Virus record (IMG/VR): IMGVR_UViG_3300006735_000030
Location: 4,803 to 68,802 of that record
Length of the DNA stretch: 64,000 nt
Reading direction: 5' to 3' (one strand)
Source: a virus
This document shows positions 40,612 through 49,124 of this stretch, one piece after another. A model generated the notes under the pieces. The model saw nothing but the letters and a program-made list of their open reading frames with translations. It made no database searches and was not told the origin of the DNA. The translations under genes and the position numbers were made by a program. Position 1 is the stretch's first letter. Every line of letters starts with the position of its first letter.

Positions 40612-41662
40612 TACTTATCCCCGCATATTTGTTTAGAGTAGAGAATGTAGTCAATAACCAACTATCAACATTTGGTAATGATTGAAATAATTTGTCTCGT
40701 AAAAACATTTTTGTAAATTCAAACTTAGTTAATTGTTGAATTGGTTCATCAACAATGTCTTTTATTTTTAATTTAGCGTTACCACTAATATTAACATCAT
40801 TTAATTGCATTAAATCGTTGTTTAATTGTAATTGTTTTTGATTGTCTTCTGTCAACATAGACTTGACATTTTTTGTAACTTCATTGTCTTCAATGTATTT
40901 TAAAACTTCTTCTATACTAACTATCTGCTCATTTTGTAAAAGAGGTAAGCATTTTTGAATTGTTTTTAGTGCAACTCCTTTGATACCTGGAATATTATCT
41001 GATTTGTCACCATCAATTATTTTATACATCAAAAAGTTATGAGATGGTATACCAAACTCTTCTTGAACTTCATCTGGTGTATATTTCTTTTTCTTGGTTG
41101 GGCTCCAAACAGAGATTCTATTATCTACCAACTGAAGAAAATCTTTATCGGTAGACATTATTGTTATTTTAGAATCTGTTAAGATTTGTTTGGAGATGTA
41201 ACCAATAGCATCATCAGCTTCCATGTGGTTAGCAGATATAATAGTTAGAGGAAGTAATTGTAAATACTCCACCAACCGACTCATCTGAAACAACATAGAT
41301 TGGTGTTCATCTTCTGGTGTATTCCAATCATAAGCTCTATTCAAACGTATTTTTGTTCTACGTTTAGCTTTATAGTTTGGAAATATTTTACGACGGCGGT
41401 CAGAGCCTCCTTCTCCATCAAATACTATGATACACCTTGTTGGATTGTGCATCTTAATAGCGTAACCAACTGATTTTAAGAAACCAATTATTCCACCAAC
41501 GTGAGCACCATCATCATTGGTAATTGGTACAACGCTGAAAACTCTTATGAAAGTATTCAGGCCATCTATAATCAATACTTTATCGTTTGGATTATTATGC
41601 TCAACTTGACCGCCGTCTTTCTTGATTTGTTCTAATATAGAAAGGTATTTTTCATTACTCAC
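40601..41662 (-). CDS. 5'-3' exonuclease / flap endonuclease (T4 RNase H-like)
   Basis: IDGLN, VFDG, YKAKR, EADD, STDKDFLQL, GDKSDNIPG. Confidence 0.93.
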   Translation of the reverse strand: MSNEKYLSILEQIKKDGGQVEHNNPNDKVLIIDGLNTFIRVFSVVPITNDDGAHVGGIIGFLKSVGYAIKMHNPTRCIIVFDGEGGSDRRRKIFPNYKAKRRTKIRLNRAYDWNTPEDEHQSMLFQMSRLVEYLQLLPLTIISANHMEADDAIGYISKQILTDSKITIMSTDKDFLQLVDNRISVWSPTKKKKYTPDEVQEEFGIPSHNFLMYKIIDGDKSDNIPGIKGVALKTIQKCLPLLQNEQIVSIEEVLKYIEDNEVTKNVKSMLTEDNQKQLQLNNDLMQLNDVNISGNAKLKIKDIVDEPIQQLTKFEFTKMFLRDKLFQSLPNVDSWLLTTFSTLNKYAGISNER

Positions 41663-42776
41663 TAATCACCTCATCTGTCATTTCTACATCATCAATACCT
41701 AAATCATCTTTTGTGTACTTTAATATAACCTTGTCACAAATCAAGTTATAACAATAGTCTCGTAGTTCTTTATCTTCTAACATACTTGACCAATCTTTAG
41801 ATTGAAACTTCTTCTCATCTGTAACTTCACCAGTTTCCATATCAATAATTGGAAGTGTGTACCAAGCTCCTGCAACTTTTACAATTTTATGTTCTTTCAT
41901 TATGGTCAACCAACTACCATCATCATCAATACCACTTTCAAAATAAAGTGGAAACTCACAATGTCGTAGTGGTGGCCCTAATCTGTTCTTAACAACTTGA
42001 GCTTGTATATTCATTCCAATCGTATTCTTTTTAGTGTCTTTTATTTGACCTTTATTCTTCAATCGAATACGAGTAGAAGCATGAAATGGTAACGCTTTTC
42101 CACCACTTGTTGTCCAAGGGTCTCCAAACATTACACCCAATTTTTGTCTTAACTGATTAGTGAACACAAGAGCAACCTTACGTCTTCCAATCATTTGTGT
42201 AATCTTTCTCATCGCTTTTGAGATGATAATTGCTTTACTGGTAGCCCATCCATCTTTTTCGAAGTCAGCTTCCATCTCTACTTTGGTAGAAGCACCAGCT
42301 AAACTATCAACTAAAATAGTAACTAATCTTGTGTTATCTTCTTCTCTAACCTTAGTAACTATCTTTTCTATAGCTTCAAATATTTCTTCTACAGTTTCTA
42401 AGTGGACATATAACATATTGTCTATATCAACACCGATAACCTCAAGAAATTCTCTACTAACTGCAGTTTCAGTATCTATATAGACGGCTACACCACCCTT
42501 CTTTTGTGTGGAAGCTAATAAATGAGCTCCAACCAAGGATTTACCACTTGATTCAAGACCATTTATTTCTGTAATTCTACCAACGGCAATTCCACCATCT
42601 GGTCTATTTGATATAGCCAAATCCAACATGGAACTACCAGTGGATATAAAATCCGTAATATCTGTTGGTGTGTCATCAGTACCATCAAGAAAATATGCGA
42701 CTTTGGGATAATCTTTTTTAAATTGTTTATTTAGACTTGTGGATAAAACCGAAGCCAATTCGTCTCTTGCAGACAT
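41655..42776 (-). CDS. recA: RecA/UvsX recombinase
   Basis: STGS..LD, GLESSGKS, VDSLA, NQLRQK, TTSGGKALPF, KNR. Confidence 0.93.
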   Translation of the reverse strand: MSARDELASVLSTSLNKQFKKDYPKVAYFLDGTDDTPTDITDFISTGSSMLDLAISNRPDGGIAVGRITEINGLESSGKSLVGAHLLASTQKKGGVAVYIDTETAVSREFLEVIGVDIDNMLYVHLETVEEIFEAIEKIVTKVREEDNTRLVTILVDSLAGASTKVEMEADFEKDGWATSKAIIISKAMRKITQMIGRRKVALVFTNQLRQKLGVMFGDPWTTSGGKALPFHASTRIRLKNKGQIKDTKKNTIGMNIQAQVVKNRLGPPLRHCEFPLYFESGIDDDGSWLTIMKEHKIVKVAGAWYTLPIIDMETGEVTDEKKFQSKDWSSMLEDKELRDYCYNLICDKVILKYTKDDLGIDDVEMTDEVISE

Positions 42777-42790
42777 ATAATTCTCCTATG

Positions 42791-42863
42791 AAAAAAAGTG
42801 GGTGGTTCCAGAAAGCGGAGTGTTCCTCTATCTTAACAGTGGCTCTTAACCTTAGCCACCCAC
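42791..42863 (-). terminator. Long-loop terminator / possible attenuator between SSB and recA
   Basis: GUGGGUGG...CCACCCAC followed by U7. Confidence 0.55.
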
Positions 42864-42876
42864 AATGTTATCTTAT

Positions 42877-43641
42877 TTACCGATTAAATAACTCGTCAAA
42901 TGCAGATGAAGCATCATCAACAGTAGTAGTTTCTTTCAGAGTCTTTTTAGTCTCTGTAGTTTCTACTGTTTCTTCTTCTCCACCTTCTTTGTTTTCTGGG
43001 TTTAACCACTCATTAAGAACGTTAGTAAGTTCATCATAACCAAGTTCGTTATAAACTTCGTTAAGATTAACTTGGTTCTCCAAGCTGTTTTCCATCAATT
43101 TAGAATCCTCTGATATAGGTGTTTGATTTGGTTTAACACGAATACCAGTGGTAGGAAATGATTTACCAGTTTCTTCTGCGGTCTTAAACTCTACAACAAC
43201 ATCACGACCATTGGTTGCATCTGAAATGTCACCATAGTCTGGGTCAGCGATTATAGATAGAAGTTCTTGGTATACAGTTTTACCAAAACCCCAAAATTTA
43301 ATACCATCGTTCTCGGCTCCACGAACTAATACGGGTGCAAAAGTTCTCATCTTAGCTTCCAACTTTTTACCAAGTCTCCAATCGTCACGATTACCACTTG
43401 ATTTCAATTTGTCGGCAAACTCTTCGATAGGGTCTGGTCTTCCAAAAGAAATTGGTGATAAGTAAGTACGTCCACCTAAGTCATAATGAAAATACAACTC
43501 AATAAAGGGTGTAGATTTATTATACTTGAATGGTACTATTCTTACGATTTGTTTTCCTGGTGATGGTTTCCAAAGATTATTGGAACGTTGATTAGTAGTT
43601 TGTAACTGGTCTAAACGTTTACGTATTGCATCAATATCCAT
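42877..43641 (-). CDS. Single-stranded DNA-binding protein (gp32-like)
   Basis: WKP..G...VRIVP, PF..L.FHY, WGFGKTVY, acidic tail ending AFDELF; replication context. Confidence 0.78.
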   Translation of the reverse strand: MDIDAIRKRLDQLQTTNQRSNNLWKPSPGKQIVRIVPFKYNKSTPFIELYFHYDLGGRTYLSPISFGRPDPIEEFADKLKSSGNRDDWRLGKKLEAKMRTFAPVLVRGAENDGIKFWGFGKTVYQELLSIIADPDYGDISDATNGRDVVVEFKTAEETGKSFPTTGIRVKPNQTPISEDSKLMENSLENQVNLNEVYNELGYDELTNVLNEWLNPENKEGGEEETVETTETKKTLKETTTVDDASSAFDELFNR

Positions 43642-43705
43642 TTTATATTCTCCTAATTTATTATTTGTTAATTATTAATCAAAGATGTAACCTTGATTTA
43701 TAATA

Positions 43706-43734
43706 TATATAACCTTGTTAATTAAAACGTTCAA
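43706..43734 (-). promoter_or_regulatory. sigma70-like promoter of SSB operon
   Basis: TTGAAC-17 nt-TATATA; 19-bp AAAATAGCTTGAACGTTTT identical to the promoter at 44269-44297. Confidence 0.6.
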
Positions 43735-43753
43735 GCTATTTTATGTTGGCAAT

Positions 43754-43823
43754 AAAAAAAGGGTTCGGTAGTTTTTTAAGTTTTAATATAGTGGAAACTA
43801 AAAATCGGTTGAACCCTTTTTTT
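43754..43823 (-). terminator. Terminator downstream of large ncRNA
   Basis: A7-GGGUUC...GAACCC-U7 inverted repeat with inner UAGUUU/AAACUA stem. Confidence 0.65.
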
Positions 43824-43828
43824 AAAAT

Positions 43829-44242
43829 TTGAAAATTTGGGGATGTGAGATTAACGATTACTCACAACTTTCAGCTTAGATTTTTTTTACCTTGTACCTA
43901 ACACTCATCAGTTACGATGATTCTTCTCAAAGTGGTTAACTTCATTGAAGTGAGTACAACCTCTGTGTTATTACCTTATCTCTCTAAGATTAGATTATTC
44001 GGTCATGAAGTTGGATTTCAGTTTTACCCTTACCAACAACAAGGTCAAAGAATCGTGTTCTTTATTTATTCTGAAAGTACATTCCGAGTCATATGTCTAT
44101 GAATCACTTACAACCCACAATATCTAGCAGGTGGATAGTCACCACAACTTCTCGGTAGATTACCTTATGAGCTTCAATGGTCACTCATTATTCGGTCAAT
44201 CCCATAAAGAGTTAATTACTCTCTTTACTTTCTAATTTTCAA
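43829..44242 (-). ncRNA. Large structured non-coding RNA, ROOL-like
   Basis: No credible ORF; own promoter and terminator; closing stem UUGAAAAUU/AAUUUUCAA, UGGGAU/AUCCC pairing, several hairpins; duplicated UGACCGAAUA...AAGGUAA module. Confidence 0.7.
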
Positions 44243-44268
44243 TTTGTCAATAAACTTGTATATATATA

Positions 44269-44297
44269 TGTATACACTAAAAAACCAAAACGTTCAA
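44269..44297 (-). promoter_or_regulatory. sigma70-like promoter of large ncRNA
   Basis: TTGAAC-17 nt-TATACA. Confidence 0.6.
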
Positions 44298-44308
44298 GCT
44301 ATTTTTAA

Positions 44309-44644
44309 TTATTTAAATAATATTGGTAATTGGTAGTTTACTTTTACTGGTATTCCATTTTGTTTAGCTGGTTCGAATTTAATTGCCATAACTCTGTCTA
44401 TTATAGCATCATTTAGAGCTATATTAAATGTATCCATAATGTATGGTTCTACAATTCTACCATTTTCATCTACTGTAAATTTTACTAAAACCTTTCCTCT
44501 AAGTTCAGAAGTATCTATTTTTGAAATATGGTCATAACTTAAATGAAATGGTTTTTTCATTATTGGTCGTTGTTGATTCCCACCCGTTGGTAAGTCTTGG
44601 GCTACCAACAAGCCCATTAGTAATAAACACAAAAGGTGCCTCAT
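44309..44644 (-). CDS. TonB C-terminal domain protein (secreted or anchored)
   Basis: GGAG RBS then MRHLLCLLLMGLLVA signal; GKVLVKFTVDENGRI...KFEPAKQNGIPVKV...PILF. Confidence 0.82.
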   Translation of the reverse strand: MRHLLCLLLMGLLVAQDLPTGGNQQRPIMKKPFHLSYDHISKIDTSELRGKVLVKFTVDENGRIVEPYIMDTFNIALNDAIIDRVMAIKFEPAKQNGIPVKVNYQLPILFK

Positions 44645-44714
44645 ATTGTTCTCCGCAATTGATTGATTAACTCCTTTCGTCTTCAAAAATATATATAAAC
44701 ATTTTTTAAAAAAT

Positions 44715-45341
44715 TTAGGTATTTTTCATCTTTATTTCTAATTGTGAAAGCAAATTATTAATTTTTTCTAATTTAGGATGGTCTGGGTCTGTCTCAATAA
44801 GTTTGTCTTTTGTATTCATCAACTTACCATATGCTTTTTGTAAATCAATTAGAGCAATTCCTTTCATACTTCGTCTATAATATAAATGATGTAATGCTTC
44901 ATCCTCTGCTTCTGCACCTCGAACACCTGCTACCGCCGTAATCTGTTCTACTTCTCCATATATAGTATCTTCTATATCTGTTATCTCAACCCAAACCGTA
45001 TTATCCCACATAGCATCTAAATCAAAATCCATGTCTTCTATTTCTGCCATCTCAATACTATCTTGTTTTGCCTTTTCTATCTTTCTTAGTCTATCTCTTT
45101 CGGCAAATTCTCTATTTAAATTTACTGTACGAATTGAATCACATTCAGATATCCATCCACCATAACCTTTCCAAGCAGGTGAACCTTTGTAATCTCTGTA
45201 TTCTGTATCATCACAATCTTGTCCGTAGGCTTTACCTCGTTTAAATTCAGATGTTCTTGTGATACCTTGGTCTGCAAAAACTTGTTCGTCTACTTGTGAA
45301 TATATAACACTTATTGATAATAAAAGTGTTAGGTACTTCAT
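44715..45341 (-). CDS. Secreted hypothetical protein
   Basis: Signal peptide MKYLTLLLSISVIYS; TAVAGVRGAE motif. Confidence 0.65.
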   Translation of the reverse strand: MKYLTLLLSISVIYSQVDEQVFADQGITRTSEFKRGKAYGQDCDDTEYRDYKGSPAWKGYGGWISECDSIRTVNLNREFAERDRLRKIEKAKQDSIEMAEIEDMDFDLDAMWDNTVWVEITDIEDTIYGEVEQITAVAGVRGAEAEDEALHHLYYRRSMKGIALIDLQKAYGKLMNTKDKLIETDPDHPKLEKINNLLSQLEIKMKNT

Positions 45342-45763
45342 AATACTTCTATCTCTGTACCTATACCTCTTTTATCGTGGTCTGTTCCAACTACTATTGT
45401 ATAGTATCCTGGGTCTACATCAGATGTCCATTCAGTTCTGTAAAGTTTCCAAACATATGTTTCTGTTCGTTCTCTACCATCACGAAATCTATCTAATGCT
45501 AGTGGTGTTTGGTGAACTAATTTACCATTGAAATCAAACATATATAATCTTGTTTTATCCCTCTGTACTTTGTATCTAATCTTTACACAAGGGCCACCTT
45601 TTCTGTCATAAGCTCTCCAAGCTACTATCGGTGTTTCATCAAAATATTCCATTGATGGTGGTTTTACTTTTGGTATTTCATTTGGGTCTGGTCTGAAAAA
45701 CACATACCCAAAACATAAAGCTATTCCAATGTATAGTAAGTATTCTTTTATTTGTTCATTCAT
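45338..45763 (-). CDS. Membrane-anchored protein with FlgD-like Ig domain
   Basis: N-terminal TM helix; LYMFDFNGKLV...W...VDPGYYTIVV pattern. Confidence 0.5.
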   Translation of the reverse strand: MNEQIKEYLLYIGIALCFGYVFFRPDPNEIPKVKPPSMEYFDETPIVAWRAYDRKGGPCVKIRYKVQRDKTRLYMFDFNGKLVHQTPLALDRFRDGRERTETYVWKLYRTEWTSDVDPGYYTIVVGTDHDKRGIGTEIEVL

Positions 45764-46203
45764 TATTGTGCTATATACCTCACTGGTTCTTCTGCTAATT
45801 CAAATGATGTAGAGTCATATGTGTAATAATAAATCTCATCGTCAGGTCTTTGATGAAAGATAGCAGGTTCTCCTGCATCAATCAAACTAAACTGCCATTC
45901 ATTATCTTCATCAGGTACACCCAACTCTAAATTTATTTTCAAATTACGGGTTCTACCAAATGTTGTTAATGGATTGAATGGCCAATTTTCAGTTCCAGTC
46001 TCTAATAGTTTATCACTTGCATATTGTTCACATCCTGCCCATATTGTGTTTACTGTAGTCTTTTCAGCTCTTACTGACGCTTTATGTAATACATGAGTCA
46101 TCTTAGGTACTGCAACAGCGGCTAATATTCCTAAGATGACCATAACCATTACTAATTCTACTAAAGAAAAACCTTCATTCATTTTCTCTTTCAGTATTTT
46201 CAT
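45763..46203 (-). CDS. Type IV pilin / pseudopilin-like protein
   Basis: G|FSLVELVMVMVILGILAAVAVP class III signal with E5. Confidence 0.9.
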   Translation of the reverse strand: MKILKEKMNEGFSLVELVMVMVILGILAAVAVPKMTHVLHKASVRAEKTTVNTIWAGCEQYASDKLLETGTENWPFNPLTTFGRTRNLKINLELGVPDEDNEWQFSLIDAGEPAIFHQRPDDEIYYYTYDSTSFELAEEPVRYIAQ

Positions 46204-46214
46204 TATTCTTTATC

Positions 46215-46679
46215 CTAATCCAAATCAGGTCTATATACTACCTGGTCTGGTTGATATGGTGGATTGGAATACCCAATCTCACCTGTTGTTGAATTATAAG
46301 TCCATATTGCTAGACTATCTTCTTTTCTTCTATGAACAATTCGATTTTTGAAATCATTACTCTTATCAGCAGTAAATATCCAATCACTATCGTCCATTTC
46401 TTTCATCATAACGGTTCCACTTTTGTCGTAATATTGTGGTACTTTATTTAAAGCATCAAAAGGATTATCTGGCCACTTCATAACACCATTGTCAATAAAC
46501 TCTTCTTGACTATAAGTATCTAAAGCGGCGACTAAATTAACAAGTACTCCTTGTTCAGAAGCCGCTTCAGATTGTCTTACGATATTAGTGAATCTCGGAA
46601 TGGAGACTGCGGCTAATATACCAATGATTACCATTACCATAATAAGTTCAACTAAGGTAAATCCGTTTTTATTGTCCAC
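46215..46679 (-). CDS. Type IV pilin / pseudopilin-like protein
   Basis: G|FTLVELIMVMVIIGILAAVSIP. Confidence 0.9.
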   Translation of the reverse strand: MDNKNGFTLVELIMVMVIIGILAAVSIPRFTNIVRQSEAASEQGVLVNLVAALDTYSQEEFIDNGVMKWPDNPFDALNKVPQYYDKSGTVMMKEMDDSDWIFTADKSNDFKNRIVHRRKEDSLAIWTYNSTTGEIGYSNPPYQPDQVVYRPDLD

Positions 46680-47121
46680 TTACCAGACTTTCTCTACTGC
46701 CTAATGTACCAGTAGTATCTGTGTCTGTTCCTGTGTTGATTCCAGCATCATATTCCCACTTCCACCTCGTGTTATCAGAACGTTGGTGAGTAATATATGC
46801 GGGGTCACCATCCACAAATGTCCACTCATTGTCGGTATCAGCATTTGTACCATCAGTTGTGTATGTTTGTGGTTTGTCCTTTAAAGCGTCAAATGGATTA
46901 TCTGGCCATATAGCTCTTCCACTATCTATGAGTTTATGAACTCCGTAGTTTTCAAGTGCTACACTAATATTACTTATGACTGCATCTTCGGAAGCTTCTT
47001 CAGCTTTCTCGATAGTCTCTAAGTATCGTGGAATTGCAACAGCTGATAATACTCCTAAGATTATCATCACCATTATCAATTCGATTAATGTAAAACCATC
47101 ATTTGATTTTTTTATTTTCAT
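46669..47121 (-). CDS. Type IV pilin / pseudopilin-like protein
   Basis: G|FTLIELIMVMIILGVLSAVAIP. Confidence 0.9.
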   Translation of the reverse strand: MKIKKSNDGFTLIELIMVMIILGVLSAVAIPRYLETIEKAEEASEDAVISNISVALENYGVHKLIDSGRAIWPDNPFDALKDKPQTYTTDGTNADTDNEWTFVDGDPAYITHQRSDNTRWKWEYDAGINTGTDTDTTGTLGSRESLVSGQ

Positions 47122-47158
47122 TGTGTTTCTCTTTCCGAACTTTCGTTCTGTTTTTTGG

Positions 47159-47800
47159 TTAAGGTACTAAAGTTTTATTTAGTTCTGCGGGATTCTCTGT
47201 GTCTATTACGACAAGAGCAGGTGCTTGAGCATCTGTACCACTACCACTACCTGGTATTACTAAGTAAGCGTATGAACCATCCTGGAATGGGGATGATATT
47301 CCGTTGTTACCAAAGTCTTTTTTGAAGTCTAATGCTCCATCAGTATCAAATACTACTGAAGTTTCAAGGTTCATCCAATTACCTTGTAAAGCGTCATCGT
47401 CATCTGAAGCAGTTGAGAATATGTAAACAAACTCACCTAAATCTGATTCATAGTTTTCTTTAGAATCAAGAATAGTTTCCATGTAGATTTCTAAAGCTTC
47501 ATCTGTAAGTTGTCCTTCAGACAATGTAACACCACCAACTGGTTGGTCATATTTTGATTGTCCAGGAAATCTTCCCTTACCCTCTTCGGATAATGTTTGG
47601 TTATAAAAATTGTTAGCAACTGTTACAATCTTGTCAATGTTTGCTATAGTTTTCTTTTCTTTAGCACCAGCACCGATTTGTCCAAATTTTGGAGCGGCTG
47701 TTGTAGCAAGTGTTGCCATCATAGCGGTAGTAACAGCAAATTCAGCAAGTGAATTACCTTTGTTACTCTTTATTCTTTTAAATAATTTTGTGAACTTCAT
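47159..47800 (-). CDS. Atypical type IV pilin-like protein
   Basis: Basic leader then G|NSLAEFAVTTAMMATLATTAAP, with E5 and P22 conserved. Confidence 0.7.
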   Translation of the reverse strand: MKFTKLFKRIKSNKGNSLAEFAVTTAMMATLATTAAPKFGQIGAGAKEKKTIANIDKIVTVANNFYNQTLSEEGKGRFPGQSKYDQPVGGVTLSEGQLTDEALEIYMETILDSKENYESDLGEFVYIFSTASDDDDALQGNWMNLETSVVFDTDGALDFKKDFGNNGISSPFQDGSYAYLVIPGSGSGTDAQAPALVVIDTENPAELNKTLVP

Positions 47801-47864
47801 TTCTTGTTCCTTTTACGTTTATTTATGGATTTGTCCTTTTGACTCTTCCCTTTACCTATATAGT

Positions 47865-47881
47865 TACAAGCATCGTACCAA
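47865..47881 (-). promoter_or_regulatory. sigma54 (RpoN) -24/-12-like promoter of pilin cluster
   Basis: TTGGTACGATGCTTGTA versus consensus YTGGCACGNNNNTTGCW; GG-N10-G spacing is exact. Confidence 0.55.
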
Positions 47882-47959
47882 AGTACCCTATTTTTGAAAA
47901 AAAAATTATTTTTTTTTAAAGTCAAATATTACTAAAGATAGAAGTTCGTGTTTTTAGCT

Positions 47960-47990
47960 AAAAAAAAACTACTCGTATGAGTAGTTTTTC
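47960..47990 (-). terminator. Intrinsic terminator
   Basis: AAAAACTACTC-ATAC-GAGTAGTTTTTTTTT on minus strand. Confidence 0.75.
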
Positions 47991-48004
47991 TATGTGTATT
48001 ATTT

Positions 48005-48044
48005 TGTTACCTATAGTGTAACATTTTGTTTTAGTATGTTACAC
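48005..48044. promoter_or_regulatory. Interlocked inverted repeats (possible activator binding site)
   Basis: TGTTAC-N7-GTAACA (48005-48023) and GTGTAACAT-N11-ATGTTACAC (48016-48044). Confidence 0.4.
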
Positions 48045-48221
48045 TTTGATACTCACTTCCTCTTTTTTGAGTTTAATCATCAAATCCTCTACTAAACCTT
48101 TACCTTGGTCTATGTAATATAATGAATCACTATTAATCTCACCTTCATGTCCAGTGTTGTAAGCATCTGTCAAAGAATCTTCTATTTCTTTTAGTAATTC
48201 TATTATTTGTTCTTTAGTCAT
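48039..48221 (-). CDS. Hypothetical protein
   Basis: 60-aa ORF with GGAGGA RBS. Confidence 0.65.
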   Translation of the reverse strand: MTKEQIIELLKEIEDSLTDAYNTGHEGEINSDSLYYIDQGKGLVEDLMIKLKKEEVSIKV

Positions 48222-48557
48222 TTATCCTCCGATTGTTTGTTCTAATTCACCCCACATAAGAATACTACAATATAGTATCTCATCATTCAAAGACCAATCT
48301 CTACCACTTGGTGTATCTACATCATCAAAGTCATCTTCCCAATATATTTCACCAGTATCGTGGTTGTAGATTTGTTCTATCTGAAGTTCACCATGATATT
48401 CTTTCCATACAACTGCAAAATTATCACATTCACTTCTTGTATAGTCTTTACAGAACTCTAACATAAGATTGTCAAATGTAACCTCTCTGAATGGTGGGTC
48501 TAATTCTTCCACACCCATTGTTTGGTTTTTGTGGTAAATAGTTTCATTAAACCCCAT
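48222..48557 (-). CDS. Hypothetical acidic protein
   Basis: 111-aa ORF coupled to neighbours. Confidence 0.6.
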   Translation of the reverse strand: MGFNETIYHKNQTMGVEELDPPFREVTFDNLMLEFCKDYTRSECDNFAVVWKEYHGELQIEQIYNHDTGEIYWEDDFDDVDTPSGRDWSLNDEILYCSILMWGELEQTIGG

Positions 48558-48765
48558 AATGAACCTCGGCTTTCATTTCCCAAAACTCAGACTCAGATAA
48601 GTCATTAGCTCCACAACCATCACCTGGTTCAGAAAACTCACAAATAGTACAACACTTCTCAGGTTCTGGTAAATGGTCGGTAATAACATCTACCTCATCA
48701 GGGTCTTTTTGAATTTCAAAATAATCTATCATATCTTTTCTTGTTTTAAACGTTGTTGATTTCAT
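48547..48765 (-). CDS. Hypothetical acidic, Cys-containing protein
   Basis: AAGGAG RBS; CCTIC...C; promoter upstream. Confidence 0.65.
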   Translation of the reverse strand: MKSTTFKTRKDMIDYFEIQKDPDEVDVITDHLPEPEKCCTICEFSEPGDGCGANDLSESEFWEMKAEVHYGV

Positions 48766-48791
48766 TCTTTTACTCCTTTAACTTACCCCTA

Positions 48792-48821
48792 AAGGTACTA
48801 AAAAACCAGTATACGGGTCAA
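48792..48821 (-). promoter_or_regulatory. sigma70-like early promoter
   Basis: AGCTC-TTGACC-18 nt-TACCTT. Confidence 0.5.
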
Positions 48822-48829
48822 GAGCTATT

Positions 48830-49120
48830 TTTAAAAATCTTTGGTGGTGGGAAAACAACAAAATAATAAGGATTAAAACAAAACCCACCACCATGTGTAG
48901 AAGTGGTGGTTTTCTTTTTGGGGAGTGTGTCACCACCAAAGACACTCGCTTTAGAGAATAGGTGGGGATTCGAACCCCACAGCTCCTCAAACAATTTACT
49001 CAAGTAATCAACTGTTTCAATCTCAGAACACCATTAGACTCAAGAGGTGATTAGTCTCTCTCAACATCCTTCTATCCGTTGTTGATTATCCGTTTTTAAA
49101 AGTACTCATCTCAATCAACA
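48830..49120 (-). ncRNA. Putative structured non-coding transcript with tRNA-like T-arm
   Basis: Starts just after a promoter; UGUUGAUU/AAUCAACA stem; GUGGGG-UUCGAAU-CCCCAC arm (48962-48980); multiple GGUGGU/ACCACC pairings. Confidence 0.5.
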
Positions 49121-49124
49121 CCTT

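Noticed and set aside
30273-42776. Introns, inteins or homing endonucleases in PolB, nrdJ, helicase or recA
   Set aside because: ORFs are uninterrupted and of ordinary length, with no intein or LAGLIDADG/HNH motifs seen
48778-49003. ORFs 48778..48990 and 48818..49003
   Set aside because: Non-ATG starts, no convincing RBS or protein features; they overlap a promoter and RNA stems better explained as non-coding
48950-49030. Canonical tRNA or tmRNA gene
   Set aside because: Only a T-arm is present; I could not build an acceptor stem, D-arm, anticodon arm or CCA end
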